Notes under the pieces: model-generated
The model's input: only the letters and a program-made list of their open reading frames with translations
What the model was told of the DNA's origin: nothing
The model's database searches: none
Translations under genes and position numbers: made by a program
Shown: positions 37,864 to 48,455 of the stretch, in pieces
Layout of the letters: each line of letters starts with the position of its first letter
Position numbering within the stretch: the first letter of the stretch is position 1
Assembly: GCA_902634185.1 (NCBI GenBank)
Contig: CACPJC010000005.1
Span: 1 to 64,000, forward strand
Source of the DNA: an uncultured Candidatus Actinomarina sp.
GTDB taxonomy: Bacteria; Actinomycetota; Acidimicrobiia; Actinomarinales; Actinomarinaceae
DNA length: 64,000 nucleotides
Reading direction: 5' to 3'

Positions 37864-38598
37864 ATGCTCAAGAATAAATTATTAAGCTGGATCAACTTAT
37901 TTATTATGGTGCTTTATACAATTCCTGTAACTTATAGCATTTGGTTAGTAGGCCTTTTTAGTAAGTACGGTTCTCTAAAATATCACATTGCACAATCATG
38001 GGTAAATCCATGGTTATGGGCAGCAAGAGCAAAAACAACATTTACAAAAGCTGTTGAATATAAGAACAATGAATCTTATGTTGTTATATCGAACCACTTA
38101 TCAAATATTGATTCATTAATATTATTTAAACTTCTTAAAATTAAATGGGCATTTATGGCCAAAAAAGAAGTCTATAAATTACCTGTCTTCAGAACAGCAG
38201 CCAGAGCATTTAACTTCATAAAAGTTGATAGAGACAATCCAAATGATAGAGAATCAATAAATGAACAAGCTAGAAATCTTTTTAAGAATGGGTGGTCTTT
38301 AATGGTATATCCTCAAGGAACAAGAGTGGATAAAAATGAATTTAAAGATTTTAAAAGTGGTGCATTTCACATAGCACAACAAAACAATGTAAGGATCTTA
38401 CCAGTAGTGATAGCTGGTACTGGTGATATTTGGCCTAAGGGTCGAAAGTTCATGACTAGTGGAAAAGCATTCATTAAGACATTAGAACCTATAGACATGT
38501 CTGAGTACGCAAAAGAAAATATAGAGGATCTCGTAAAAGAAACTCATAAAAAGATGAAAAGTGTCTACGACGATATGACTATAAAACTTAAAAGCTAA
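37864..38598 (+). CDS. plsC: 1-acyl-sn-glycerol-3-phosphate acyltransferase (PlsC family)
   Basis: SNHLSNID, AKKE, VDR, YPQGTR, FKSGAF. Confidence 0.9.
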   Translation: MLKNKLLSWINLFIMVLYTIPVTYSIWLVGLFSKYGSLKYHIAQSWVNPWLWAARAKTTFTKAVEYKNNESYVVISNHLSNIDSLILFKLLKIKWAFMAKKEVYKLPVFRTAARAFNFIKVDRDNPNDRESINEQARNLFKNGWSLMVYPQGTRVDKNEFKDFKSGAFHIAQQNNVRILPVVIAGTGDIWPKGRKFMTSGKAFIKTLEPIDMSEYAKENIEDLVKETHKKMKSVYDDMTIKLKS

Positions 38599-38600
38599 TT

Positions 38601-39116
38601 ATGGAATTACTTTTAGCAGCTGGTTATATTTTTATACTTCGTCTTATCGACCAAAGTTTAGGAACACTAAGAACTCTCTATGTAAATAAAGGAAAGCCAT
38701 TTTTTGGAGCAATTCTTGGATTTATTGAATCAGGTATTTGGATTATTGCCATATCTCAAGTAATTAAAGATTTAAATGATCCTTATTTGGCAGTTGGTTA
38801 TGCTTTGGGATTTGCTGCAGGGACTATAGTTGGATCGTACATTGAATCATCTATTGCAATAGGTGATGTTGTTATCCGTATTTTTTCTCCAAAAGATAGT
38901 GATAGTAAAAAATTAGCAAAAGAACTACGCAGTAATGGATATGGTGTAACTGTAATAAATGGAGAAGGTATGGAGGGAGAAGTAACTATTTCGTGGTGTG
39001 TCACACCAAGAAAAAAAGTTAAAGACGTTCTAAAAATTGTTTCAACTATTAGTCCAGATGCTTACATCACAACGGAATCAACAAATCCCACAAAACTTAC
39101 TGCAAATCGTAAGTAA
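38601..39116 (+). CDS. DUF2179/UPF0316-like membrane protein
   Basis: TLR....G....A..GFIE..IW, YALGFAAG..VG, LR..GYGVT...GEG..G, PDAYI. Confidence 0.85.
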   Translation: MELLLAAGYIFILRLIDQSLGTLRTLYVNKGKPFFGAILGFIESGIWIIAISQVIKDLNDPYLAVGYALGFAAGTIVGSYIESSIAIGDVVIRIFSPKDSDSKKLAKELRSNGYGVTVINGEGMEGEVTISWCVTPRKKVKDVLKIVSTISPDAYITTESTNPTKLTANRK

Positions 39117-41393
39117 TTAAATACCCTTCTCGAATTCGTCTTCGAAAGAAACTCTTTTTCTTTTCTTATTACCATCATTGTTTTCACGAGGCTTTGAAGA
39201 TCTTGGTTTTCTTTCTCTCTTACCAGATTGTCTCTTCTCAATAGCATCTTCTGGTATTTCGATATCGTTTACAGGTGTTAAACCAACTTTTCCATTTTCA
39301 ATTGAGTCAACTACTACCTGAATTTTATCTCCTACGGTAAGTACCTTTTCTGGGTCGCCGACTCTAATTTCAGAGTGAAATTTTGATATATGCATTAATC
39401 CATCTCTTCCAGGGAGAATATTAATAAACGCCCCATATTTAGCAAGACTAACAACCTCTCCTTCATACTCTTGATTTAATTCTGGTTCCTCAGGATCAAT
39501 AATTGCCATTACCATCTCTTTCGCAGTATCAAGAGATTCTTGTTCTGTTGAACCAAGCGTGAGTATTCCATCATCATCTATCTCAACACTTGCACCAGTT
39601 TCCTCTTCAATCTTCCTAATGTTTTTTCCTTTAGGCCCAATTACCTCACCAATTTTGTCTTTAGGAAGTTCAATTGATTCAAGTCTTGGAGCATTACCAG
39701 ATAAAGAATCCGCCGGTTCTGAAATAGTATCTTCCATGATATCCAAGATATGATGTCGAGCATCTTTTGCTTGCTCAAGAGCTTTTCTTAAAATATCGGA
39801 TGGTAGACCTTCAATTTTCATATCTAATTGAAGAGCAGTTATCACTCCTCTGGTTCCTGCAACTTTAAAGTCCATATCTCCTAATGCGTCCTCTGCTCCT
39901 AAAATATCGGTTAAAGTTACAAATTCTTTATTTTTAGATATTAAACCCATTGCTATTCCTGAAACGTGTTCTCTAATTGGCACACCAGCTGCCATCAAAG
40001 AAAGACTTGATGCACATACAGAAGCTTGAGAAGTAGAGCCATTTGATGAAATAGCTTCACTCACAACTCTTATGGTGTAGGGAAAGTCAGCCTTTGGAGG
40101 AATAACAGGTAGTATCGCTTTTTCTGCCAAAGCACCATGACCTATCTCCCTTCTTTTTGGTCCCCTCATCATATAGGCCTCACCTGTTGAATATGGTGGA
40201 AAATTGTAATGATGCATGTACCTTTTTGAGGTAACTGTATCTATCGTGTCTAACATTTGTTCAAGCCTTGACATGCCCAATGTTGTTACATTCAATACCT
40301 GAGTTTCACCTCTAAGAAACAAAGATGATCCATGAACAATAGGTAATAAATTGATTTCAGAAGAAATATTTCTAATATCTCTAGGAGATCTTCCATCAAG
40401 TCTTGGACCTCCACTAACAACTCTATCCCTAACTAATTCTTTAAATATAGATTTAAAGGCTAATTTGATAGCTTTAGAGTTATCCTCTTCTTCATCTAAA
40501 AATTCTTCAACAACTTTTTCTTGTAATTCATTTTGGCGTGAGCTTCTCTCAGACCTATCAATTATTGACGCAATTTCATTAAGTTCGTCTTTGCAACTTG
40601 ATTCAATTTTTGACTTTAGTTCATCGGTGTAATCTTCAATTAGTGGCCAATCAACAGTTGGAATATCATTCATTGAAACTAGCTCTTTTTGAGAATTTAT
40701 TAATGATAAAATATAATCTTTAGACATATCTATACCATCTGCAACTATTTCTTCAGATGGAGCAAGGCTTCCTCCGTCTATTTTTTCAAATGTATTTTCC
40801 TTAGCGCCAGCTTCAACCATCACAATATCAATTTCATTATTTTCATTGAGTTTTCCAGCTATGACCATATCAAAAATTGAATCTTCTTGTTCTGTATTCG
40901 TAGCTTGTACAACCCATTCATCATTAATGAGAGACATCCTTACTGCGCCAACTGGTGATTCCAATGGAATACCAGCAAGTTGTAAACCAAGTGAAGCAGC
41001 ATTTAAAGATAAAACGTCATATTCGTTTTCGTTATCAACACTCAAAACTGTTGCAATAATTTGTGTTTCACATCTAAAACCATCTTTAAATGAAGGCCTT
41101 AGTGGTCTATCTATTAATCGACAAGCTAGAATTGCTTTCTCTGTTTGCCTTCCTTCTCTTCTAAAAAATCCACCAGGAATTTTACCAGCGGCATACATTC
41201 TCTCTTCAACATCGACAGTCAAAGGAAAGAAATCAATTCCTTCTCTTACTGATTCATTTGCAACTGTTGTTACAAGTACATTTGTATCTCCAGATGTTAC
41301 AACTACAGAACCAGGAGCCTGGAGAGCTAATTTACCTGTTTCAAATTTAATTTCTTTATCACCAATATTGCATGTGACATTTGTTACGGACAT
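39117..41393 (-). CDS. pnp: Polyribonucleotide nucleotidyltransferase
   Basis: FFPLTVD, GKIPGGFFRREG, RRE.GHG, SNGS, GDMDFKVAG, KH and S1 domains. Confidence 0.98.
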   Translation of the reverse strand: MSVTNVTCNIGDKEIKFETGKLALQAPGSVVVTSGDTNVLVTTVANESVREGIDFFPLTVDVEERMYAAGKIPGGFFRREGRQTEKAILACRLIDRPLRPSFKDGFRCETQIIATVLSVDNENEYDVLSLNAASLGLQLAGIPLESPVGAVRMSLINDEWVVQATNTEQEDSIFDMVIAGKLNENNEIDIVMVEAGAKENTFEKIDGGSLAPSEEIVADGIDMSKDYILSLINSQKELVSMNDIPTVDWPLIEDYTDELKSKIESSCKDELNEIASIIDRSERSSRQNELQEKVVEEFLDEEEDNSKAIKLAFKSIFKELVRDRVVSGGPRLDGRSPRDIRNISSEINLLPIVHGSSLFLRGETQVLNVTTLGMSRLEQMLDTIDTVTSKRYMHHYNFPPYSTGEAYMMRGPKRREIGHGALAEKAILPVIPPKADFPYTIRVVSEAISSNGSTSQASVCASSLSLMAAGVPIREHVSGIAMGLISKNKEFVTLTDILGAEDALGDMDFKVAGTRGVITALQLDMKIEGLPSDILRKALEQAKDARHHILDIMEDTISEPADSLSGNAPRLESIELPKDKIGEVIGPKGKNIRKIEEETGASVEIDDDGILTLGSTEQESLDTAKEMVMAIIDPEEPELNQEYEGEVVSLAKYGAFINILPGRDGLMHISKFHSEIRVGDPEKVLTVGDKIQVVVDSIENGKVGLTPVNDIEIPEDAIEKRQSGKRERKPRSSKPRENNDGNKKRKRVSFEDEFEKGI

Positions 41394-41397
41394 TTAT

Positions 41398-41458
41398 CCT
41401 CATTTCCAAGATGAGGTTATTAATTGCCAGCTTTCCTTAAAAGCTCTCAATTAACAAC
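41398..41458 (-). promoter_or_regulatory. rpsO-pnp intercistronic stem-loops (candidate RNase III site plus SD-sequestering hairpin)
   Basis: Minus strand GTTGTTAATTG..AGCTTT/AAAGCT..CAATTAATAAC long stem, then CCTCAT/ATGAGG hairpin covering GAGG before the pnp ATG. Confidence 0.6.
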
Positions 41459-41476
41459 GCTCTATCTTATATTTAT

Positions 41477-41734
41477 TTACTTTCTTAAACCAAGTTTATC
41501 AATTAAAGAACGATATCTCTCAACATCTTGATTTTCAAGATATTGAAGAAGCCTTTTTCTTTTACCCACAAGCATCAATAGTCCTCTTCTTGTGTGATGG
41601 TCTTTCTTGTGTATTTTTAAATGATCGGTCAAATCATTTATTCTTTGTGTGAGTAAAGCAACCTGTACTTCAGTTGAACCGGTATCATTTTCAGATTTAC
41701 CGTATTCTTTAATTATTTTTTCTTTGGTTGTCAT
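41477..41734 (-). CDS. rpsO: 30S ribosomal protein S15
   Basis: [27 protein letters not shown]; ATG 41734 preferred. Confidence 0.98.
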   Translation of the reverse strand: MTTKEKIIKEYGKSENDTGSTEVQVALLTQRINDLTDHLKIHKKDHHTRRGLLMLVGKRKRLLQYLENQDVERYRSLIDKLGLRK

Positions 41735-41773
41735 TCGAAACAATAATAGTAGTCAATAGATCTAAAGTGTAAA

Positions 41774-42670
41774 TTATATGTATTTCTTTACTGATTCAAT
41801 ATCATCTAAAACTTGGTTTTTTAGCTCATCAATATTTTCAAACTTTTGCTCATCACGGATAAAATTTTTCAAAAAAAGCTTTATTTCCTTATGATAAATA
41901 TCATCATTAAAATTTAAAATATGTGCTTCAATTTTTACAGAATCTTTATCATCAACGGTCGGATTTAAACCAACGTTAGCAATGCAATTGAACCTCTTTT
42001 TATCAACTTCAACAACACCGTAATATACTCCGTATGTTGGTAAAAAAACTTCTTCATCTAGTGTGAGATTTGCAGTTGGAAAACCTAACTCACTTCCTAA
42101 CTGTTTCCCTTTTTTTACCTTACCTGTGAGAGAGTAATCTCTACCTAATAGATTATTAGCTTTATCAATCTCACCAGAAGATAGATAATATCGTAATTTA
42201 GTAGATGAGACTTTTTCATTATTTATTAAAAAATCTTCCAAGAGAAAAATATTATCTTCACCAAAATAATCAATCAAGGTATTTATATCACCAGATCTGT
42301 TTTTACCAAATTTAAAATCTTTACCAACAACAATTCTTTTTATACCAACGTTTTCATCCAAGAACTTACAAAAATCTGTAGATGATATTTTATTGAATTG
42401 TTCAAAATTTAAATAAATTAAATTTTTTGGACTAAATGTTTCAAAAATTTCATTTCTATCTTTTTTTGAAACTAAAGGTTTAAGAGAATCATTGAAGTAA
42501 ATCTTCGGCAACACATTGAATGTAACAATATCGAATTCACTGTTTAAATCTCTTGTTTTTTTGAATAACTCTTGGTGGGCTAAGTGAACTCCATCAAAGG
42601 CACCGATGCAGACAATTTCAGAATTATCATTAACTTTTTCTGTTGTATCTAATTTTTCGTAAATTTTCAT
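41774..42670 (-). CDS. ribF: Bifunctional riboflavin kinase/FAD synthetase
   Basis: GAFDGVH.AH, VGKDFKFG, VSST, GFPTAN, EAHI, IRDEQKF. Confidence 0.95.
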   Translation of the reverse strand: MKIYEKLDTTEKVNDNSEIVCIGAFDGVHLAHQELFKKTRDLNSEFDIVTFNVLPKIYFNDSLKPLVSKKDRNEIFETFSPKNLIYLNFEQFNKISSTDFCKFLDENVGIKRIVVGKDFKFGKNRSGDINTLIDYFGEDNIFLLEDFLINNEKVSSTKLRYYLSSGEIDKANNLLGRDYSLTGKVKKGKQLGSELGFPTANLTLDEEVFLPTYGVYYGVVEVDKKRFNCIANVGLNPTVDDKDSVKIEAHILNFNDDIYHKEIKLFLKNFIRDEQKFENIDELKNQVLDDIESVKKYI

Positions 42671-43548
42671 ATTAAAACTTTTTGTGGTTTGAACTTATTT
42701 TCATTGTATGGTTCATAAATGGCAACAATTGAATTTTTATTTTCTATTATATGTGGACCATCAGATCCAAAAAATGAACTTTTCAGAAAATTTCCATTTT
42801 TAATATCTTTTAAAACATCATCCTGAACTGAAATAATTGGTATATCAAACAAAATTCTCCAATCTAATGGTTCAGGTGTTTTTGTTCTCTCTAACTGTTC
42901 AATGTTTTTAATAACATTTGCATTATTTTTATTTAAAGTTCCAATTTCAATTCTATTAATTGAAGATACTACCGCTTTCGTTCCAATTGATTCAGCTAAG
43001 TCTACAATTAATGATCTGATGTAGGTTCCCTTACTAACTGTCGCTATAAATTTTGCTTTATTTGCCTTGTAACTAATTAATTTAAAATTATTCACCGCTA
43101 CATCTCGTATTGGTAGCTCTACTTCTTTTTCTTGTCGTGCATACTTATAAAGTCGTTTACCTTTTACTTTTACTGCAGAATAAATTGGTGGTACTTGTTT
43201 AATATTGCCTGTAAGTCCTGAAATACCTTTATCCAATTCTTCTAATTTACTTTCCAAATTTATTGACTCGATTTCTACTAATTCTGAATCAGTATCGTTG
43301 GTAGTTGATTCAAACCCAAACAAAGCTTCAAATTCATAGGTCTTTTGTGTGTTGTGAATGTAATCAAATAATTTTGTATATTTATTTGTTGCGATCAACA
43401 TTAATCCCTCCGCACTTGGATCTAATGTTCCGGAATGTCCAACCTTCTGGAATTTATATTTTTTTTTAAAAAATGTACAAAGATCTTGAGATGTCCAGCT
43501 ATTAGGTTTATAAAGTAAATAAAAGTCAGATTGATTTTCTAATTTCAT
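42667..43548 (-). CDS. truB: tRNA pseudouridine(55) synthase
   Basis: KVGHSGTLDP.A.G, QVPPIYSAVKV.G.RLY..AR, SKGTYIRSL; ATG 43548 preferred. Confidence 0.95.
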   Translation of the reverse strand: MKLENQSDFYLLYKPNSWTSQDLCTFFKKKYKFQKVGHSGTLDPSAEGLMLIATNKYTKLFDYIHNTQKTYEFEALFGFESTTNDTDSELVEIESINLESKLEELDKGISGLTGNIKQVPPIYSAVKVKGKRLYKYARQEKEVELPIRDVAVNNFKLISYKANKAKFIATVSKGTYIRSLIVDLAESIGTKAVVSSINRIEIGTLNKNNANVIKNIEQLERTKTPEPLDWRILFDIPIISVQDDVLKDIKNGNFLKSSFFGSDGPHIIENKNSIVAIYEPYNENKFKPQKVLI

Positions 43549-44470
43549 GTTCAATTTTTTTAAGAATAAATTCAGGTGATTGGTTACTAGAAAAACCACT
43601 TGCAGCGACATGTCCCCCTCCGCCAAAAATAGAAGCAATTTTTTGGACATCGATATCGCCTCTCGATCTTAGACTTCCCTTAAATGAACCGTCTTCTTGC
43701 TCTTTTATAAGTAATGCAACTGTTGATTCCTTAACAAGCCTTACAACATCAATAAGAAAATCTGTTTCTTCTGGTTCTACTTGATAATCTTTATAGTCAT
43801 TTTGAAATACAATTGAATGTGCAAATTGTAAGTCTTCATTTAGGACTATTCTTTCAATTATCTTGCTTTGAAGAGTTAATGCGTTGAACTCTATTGAACC
43901 ATATATATTTTCACTTATTTTAGAAAGATTAGCTCCATTGCCTAAAAGCTCAGCAGCAATACTAAATACTTCTGAAGTTGTATTTGAGTATTGAAAACGA
44001 CCCGTATCGGTAATTAAACCTGTAAGTAGACAGTTTGCCATTTCTTCATTAATTTCAATATTTTCATCTTTAAATTGTCTGAACAATACTTGTGTTGTAC
44101 TCGCTGCATGAGGATCAATAATCTGTACATCTCCAAAAGATGGATCGACATGATGATCAATTACAACAACATTTTCAGCTGCTAATACAACTTCTTCGTA
44201 TTTACCAAGCCTTGATGAATTTCCACAATCAAATACAAATACAGTGTTGTATTTTTCTTTTAAGTCATCAGATATTAGATGATAAGGTAAGTGATTAAGA
44301 TTAGATGGTAATTTAGTTGTTATATCAAAATCAACATCAGATATAATATTTTGTGAATCTAAAAATAATTTTAAGGCAAAAGCAGATCCTAAAGCATCTC
44401 CATCTGGATTTACATGTCCAGTTATAAAAATTGGACCATTATCAACATAATCAATTAACTTAGTTTTCAT
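43526..44470 (-). CDS. nrnA: DHH family bifunctional oligoribonuclease/PAP phosphatase
   Basis: HVNPDGDA, IDHH, TDTGRF, SLRS, GGGHVAASG; between rbfA and truB. Confidence 0.92.
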   Translation of the reverse strand: MKTKLIDYVDNGPIFITGHVNPDGDALGSAFALKLFLDSQNIISDVDFDITTKLPSNLNHLPYHLISDDLKEKYNTVFVFDCGNSSRLGKYEEVVLAAENVVVIDHHVDPSFGDVQIIDPHAASTTQVLFRQFKDENIEINEEMANCLLTGLITDTGRFQYSNTTSEVFSIAAELLGNGANLSKISENIYGSIEFNALTLQSKIIERIVLNEDLQFAHSIVFQNDYKDYQVEPEETDFLIDVVRLVKESTVALLIKEQEDGSFKGSLRSRGDIDVQKIASIFGGGGHVAASGFSSNQSPEFILKKIEHEIRKSI

Positions 44471-44807
44471 TTATTGTTCCGATAATCTTGTTTATTCTAT
44501 CAATGTCATCAAATGAATTATCTAGTTCAAATGTAATTGAAGGGACATATTTAGTCTTCATTTCCTTTGAAAGTACTTTTTGAATCTTTTGTTTATTTCT
44601 TCCTAGAGAGTTATTAAGTGATGATTTATTATTTTCAATTGAAGAGACGAGTACGGTGGTTTTTTTCAAATCTGGTGAAGTCGATACATATGTAACAGTT
44701 GCTTTATTTAGAACTGGATCAGAACTATTTAAAAAACAATCAGAAACAATTTGTTGAATCATTGGATTGATTCTGTTTATTCTTCCACCTCTTAAGTTCT
44801 TATCCAT
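44460..44807 (-). CDS. rbfA: Ribosome-binding factor A
   Basis: R..RIN, DP, VT.V..SPDL, KYVPSITF..D.S; follows infB. Confidence 0.88.
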   Translation of the reverse strand: MDKNLRGGRINRINPMIQQIVSDCFLNSSDPVLNKATVTYVSTSPDLKKTTVLVSSIENNKSSLNNSLGRNKQKIQKVLSKEMKTKYVPSITFELDNSFDDIDRINKIIGTINEN

Positions 44808-44812
44808 AAGAT

Positions 44813-46846
44813 CTAGACTGCAACTTCTCCCAAGATTTCAATAACGTCACCTTGTTTGATATCTTTATAATCAGATAAGCCAATACCACACTCAAGACCT
44901 TCGTTTACGCTTTCTACATCATCCTTAAATCTTCGCAGAGAAACGATACTGCCTTCGTATATAACAACTCCATCTCTTAGCAATCTAGCTTTAGCTCCAA
45001 GTTCAACTCTACCCTCTGAAACTACTGAACCTGCTACTACACCCACTTTTGGAGCTTTAAATGTTGTTTTGACATCCACCATACCAATTACAGACTCTTC
45101 AGTTCTTAAAGTAAGTTCACCAACAACAGCTTCACTTATGTCATCTATCAATTCATAAATTATGTTGTAGGTTCTAATATCAATACCTTTACTTTGGCCC
45201 ATATTTCTAGCTTGACTATCAGGTCTTACATTGAACCCTACAATCATTGAACCTGTTGCACTAGCTAGATCCACATCGGACAATACGATACCTCCAACAG
45301 CAGCATGTACAATCTGAATACTTACATCACCATCAGAAAGTTTTAAAAGACTGTCTTTTATTGCCTCAACAGAACCATTTGTATCAGCTTTAACAATTAT
45401 ATTTATAGTATTTAATTCACCTTCTTGAAGCAATTGCATCATCTCTGATACACGAGATTCGACTGTGTAAGAAGTATCATCAAATTGTTTTAATTTATTT
45501 TGATTTTCTTCAGCCTTGTTTTTCGCAGTTTTTTGATTCTTTGCAGCAACAAATTGATCTCCAGCAATGGGAGAAGTGTCCCAACCAATAATGTCAGCAG
45601 GTGAACCAGGGGCTACTGATTTCAATGTCACTCCATTATGATCAAACAGGGACTTAACTCTACAAAATGCTCCTCCAGCATAAATAAAATCACCAGCTTT
45701 GAGTGTTCCCCTTTTTACAATTACAGTAGCAACGTTACCTTTGCCAACCTCCATCCTTGATTCAATTATGAAGCCAGACGGATCAGCTTCGTAGTTGCTT
45801 TTTAATTCTTCAATCTCGGCTACCAAATTTAAAGTTTCTAATAAATCATCTATACCGTCGCCGGTAGTCGCTGAAATCTCAACGACTGGAATATCGCCTC
45901 CTAAATCTTCAGATACTACTTCGTATTTTGTAAGATCTGCTTTTACTAGTGTTGGATTTGCTTCGGGCAAATCACATTTATTTATTGCTACAACCATTGG
46001 GACATCTGCAGCTTTTGTATGATTAATTGCTTCTATTGTTTGAGGCATTATTCCATCATCTGCAGCAACAACAAGAATTACTATGTCTGTTACATCTGCT
46101 CCCCTGGCTCTCATTTGCGTAAAAGCTTCATGGCCTGGAGTATCTATAAAAGTAACACTTCCTGATTCATTAGTTACATTGTATGCACCAACATGTTGTG
46201 TAATTCCACCGGCTTCACCAGAAGCAACTTTTTCTTTTCTTATATAATCTAACAAACTCGTTTTTCCGTGGTCAACATGGCCCATAACAGTTATGATTGC
46301 AGGTCTTGTTTTCAACGAATCTGGGGCATCTTCAAACTTCTCAGATTCAATTATGTCTGATCTTTTTATTTCTACTTTTTCTACAAACTCTGGAATTGCA
46401 TTATATTTTTCAAAAAGTTTTTCAATCTCATCATTATTTAATGTCGAAGTGAGTGACTGCATTATGCCAAGAGACATCAAGTCTGCAACAACTGTAGTGG
46501 CATCAAGTTCAAATAAAGATGCTATTTCCTCTGGAGTAGATCCTTCTGTTACTTCAATTATATTTATATCTACATTTTCAGCTTCATCAATTGTTTCATC
46601 TTCTTCAATAACTTTATCCTCTTCTGTAAGAGAGGCTTCCTCCTTAATTTCAACATTTATTTCTTCTTCAATGTCTTGCTCTGAAGATTCTTCTGCAAAA
46701 GCCAGTTTTAACAATTCTTCATCTTCTGGTACTAATCCTGATGATGCTGTTTTAACTTCAAAGCCTAATTCTTTTGCTTTATGAAGAACGTCAGCAGATG
46801 CAATATCAAGTTCTTTAGCTATTTGGTGAATACGTTTTTTTGCCAT
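44813..46846 (-). CDS. infB: Translation initiation factor IF-2
   Basis: [39 protein letters not shown]. Confidence 0.98.
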   Translation of the reverse strand: MAKKRIHQIAKELDIASADVLHKAKELGFEVKTASSGLVPEDEELLKLAFAEESSEQDIEEEINVEIKEEASLTEEDKVIEEDETIDEAENVDINIIEVTEGSTPEEIASLFELDATTVVADLMSLGIMQSLTSTLNNDEIEKLFEKYNAIPEFVEKVEIKRSDIIESEKFEDAPDSLKTRPAIITVMGHVDHGKTSLLDYIRKEKVASGEAGGITQHVGAYNVTNESGSVTFIDTPGHEAFTQMRARGADVTDIVILVVAADDGIMPQTIEAINHTKAADVPMVVAINKCDLPEANPTLVKADLTKYEVVSEDLGGDIPVVEISATTGDGIDDLLETLNLVAEIEELKSNYEADPSGFIIESRMEVGKGNVATVIVKRGTLKAGDFIYAGGAFCRVKSLFDHNGVTLKSVAPGSPADIIGWDTSPIAGDQFVAAKNQKTAKNKAEENQNKLKQFDDTSYTVESRVSEMMQLLQEGELNTINIIVKADTNGSVEAIKDSLLKLSDGDVSIQIVHAAVGGIVLSDVDLASATGSMIVGFNVRPDSQARNMGQSKGIDIRTYNIIYELIDDISEAVVGELTLRTEESVIGMVDVKTTFKAPKVGVVAGSVVSEGRVELGAKARLLRDGVVIYEGSIVSLRRFKDDVESVNEGLECGIGLSDYKDIKQGDVIEILGEVAV

Positions 46847-46851
46847 TTAAT

Positions 46852-47871
46852 CTATTCTTCTTCTTTTGTAGGCTCTTCCTCCTCAGGAGGTGAATCTCCT
46901 AAACCTTCAATGTCGATTTTGTATCCAGTTAATTTGGCAGCGAGACGAGCATTTTGCCCTTCTTTACCAATTGCAAGTGAAAGTTGACTATCTTTTACAA
47001 TTACTTTTGCTGATTTTGTATCCTCATCCAGAATTACTTCGTCGATGTCAGCTGGACCAAGTGCTTCAATTATGAATCTTACTTTATCTTCTCTCCACTC
47101 AACCACGTCTAATTTTTCACCTTTAAGTTCATTAACTATTTGTCTTACTCTTGAACCACGTGAACCAACACATGCTCCTTTGGGGTCAACATTTGGATCG
47201 TTAGAGAATACGGCGATCTTTGTTCTACTTCCAGCTTCTCTAGCTATAGCACGCAACTCAACAGTTCCATCAGTTAATTCTGGAACTTCTAATTCCAACA
47301 TTCTTTGTACAAATTCTGCCCTGTTTCTGCTGACAACAATAGGTATGCCTTTTGACTCAGTTCTTATCTCTGTAATTAATGCTTTTATTCGATTTCCTCT
47401 TTCAAGACGTTCAAAAGGTATTCGCTCGCTAGATGGGATGACAGCTTCTGCGTCTTGTAAGTCAATTATTGTCTGGTTAAACCTTGGATCAAATTGAGTT
47501 ACAATACCAGTAATTAACTCACCCTCTCTACCAATATAAGCGTCAAGTACAGTAGCTCTTTTTGCATCTCTTACTTTTGTTGACATCATTTGTTTGAATG
47601 ATTGAGCAGCTATTCTTCCAAAGTCTGAATCACTTATATCAGGTTCCCATTCTTTAATTACATTTCCATCAACATCAAGCTCTTGAGCATAAACAGTTAT
47701 TTCACCACTATCAGGATCTAATGTAACTCTTGCTTCTTCTGCAGCTCCAGGAATTCTCATATAAGCTGACCTGAAGGCTGATACTAAAGCCTCATACATA
47801 CTATCTACATCGACACCTTTATCTAAAGCAAGAGATTCTATAGCTTGCTTAATGTCACTTCCTAATTTCAT
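46852..47871 (-). CDS. nusA: Transcription factor NusA
   Basis: FGRIAAQ, AREAGSRTKIAV, GACVG..GSR, SLAIGKEGQNARLA. Confidence 0.98.
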   Translation of the reverse strand: MKLGSDIKQAIESLALDKGVDVDSMYEALVSAFRSAYMRIPGAAEEARVTLDPDSGEITVYAQELDVDGNVIKEWEPDISDSDFGRIAAQSFKQMMSTKVRDAKRATVLDAYIGREGELITGIVTQFDPRFNQTIIDLQDAEAVIPSSERIPFERLERGNRIKALITEIRTESKGIPIVVSRNRAEFVQRMLELEVPELTDGTVELRAIAREAGSRTKIAVFSNDPNVDPKGACVGSRGSRVRQIVNELKGEKLDVVEWREDKVRFIIEALGPADIDEVILDEDTKSAKVIVKDSQLSLAIGKEGQNARLAAKLTGYKIDIEGLGDSPPEEEEPTKEEE

Positions 47872-47878
47872 ATTTACC

Positions 47879-48352
47879 TCAACTTTTTACTTTTTGCCTA
47901 AATTTGTTAAATCTAATATTTGCTTTCTTAATATTTTCGTATTCAAAATTATGAGTTAGTCCATCATTCAAAATCTCTATATCTTTTTCGTTTATATTGA
48001 CTAAGTTTCCAATGAATGTGTACTCTCCATTCTTTGGATTAATGAGATTAATTTTTATTTCTTCATTTAAAGCTAGTTCATAGTGTCTTTTTGTTTTTAA
48101 TGAACGTTCAACACCTGGACTAGAGAGGATTAATTCATACGTACCTTTTTCAAGCCCTGTTTCTTCAAGTAGTCTTTGTATTTGATAATTAAGTCTCTCA
48201 AAGGTACTCAATTCCTGGTCTTCATGAGAAAAGATAAATATCTCGACTTTAGAAATTGATTCGTTGCCTGCAATGTTTAAATCATATAATTCAAGATTTT
48301 CAGTTTCCAAATATGTTGAAATAGCATGGGAGATGTTGTTTTTGATAACCAC
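47879..48352 (-). CDS. rimP: Ribosome maturation factor RimP
   Basis: Y.L..SSPGVER.L; GTG 48352 preceded by GGAGGTGATC; upstream of nusA. Confidence 0.92.
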   Translation of the reverse strand: MVIKNNISHAISTYLETENLELYDLNIAGNESISKVEIFIFSHEDQELSTFERLNYQIQRLLEETGLEKGTYELILSSPGVERSLKTKRHYELALNEEIKINLINPKNGEYTFIGNLVNINEKDIEILNDGLTHNFEYENIKKANIRFNKFRQKVKS

Positions 48353-48370
48353 TTGATCACCTCCATTCAT

Positions 48371-48400
48371 AAAAAAAGTGGGCTTTGAACCCACTATTTT
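48371..48400 (-). terminator. rimP leader hairpin/attenuator terminator
   Basis: AGTGGG-TTCAAAG-CCCACT followed by a U run, directly upstream of rimP; matches the known rimP leader motif. Confidence 0.82.
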
Positions 48401-48455
48401 GTAGTTAAGTTGTTAATTTAATATTAACGTAAATCGGATTTAAGATAAAGAATTT

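Noticed and set aside
43455-43475. T/A homopolymer run in truB as a programmed frameshift or phase-variation site
   Set aside because: The frame is intact through the run (FFKKKY) and such runs are expected at this AT content.
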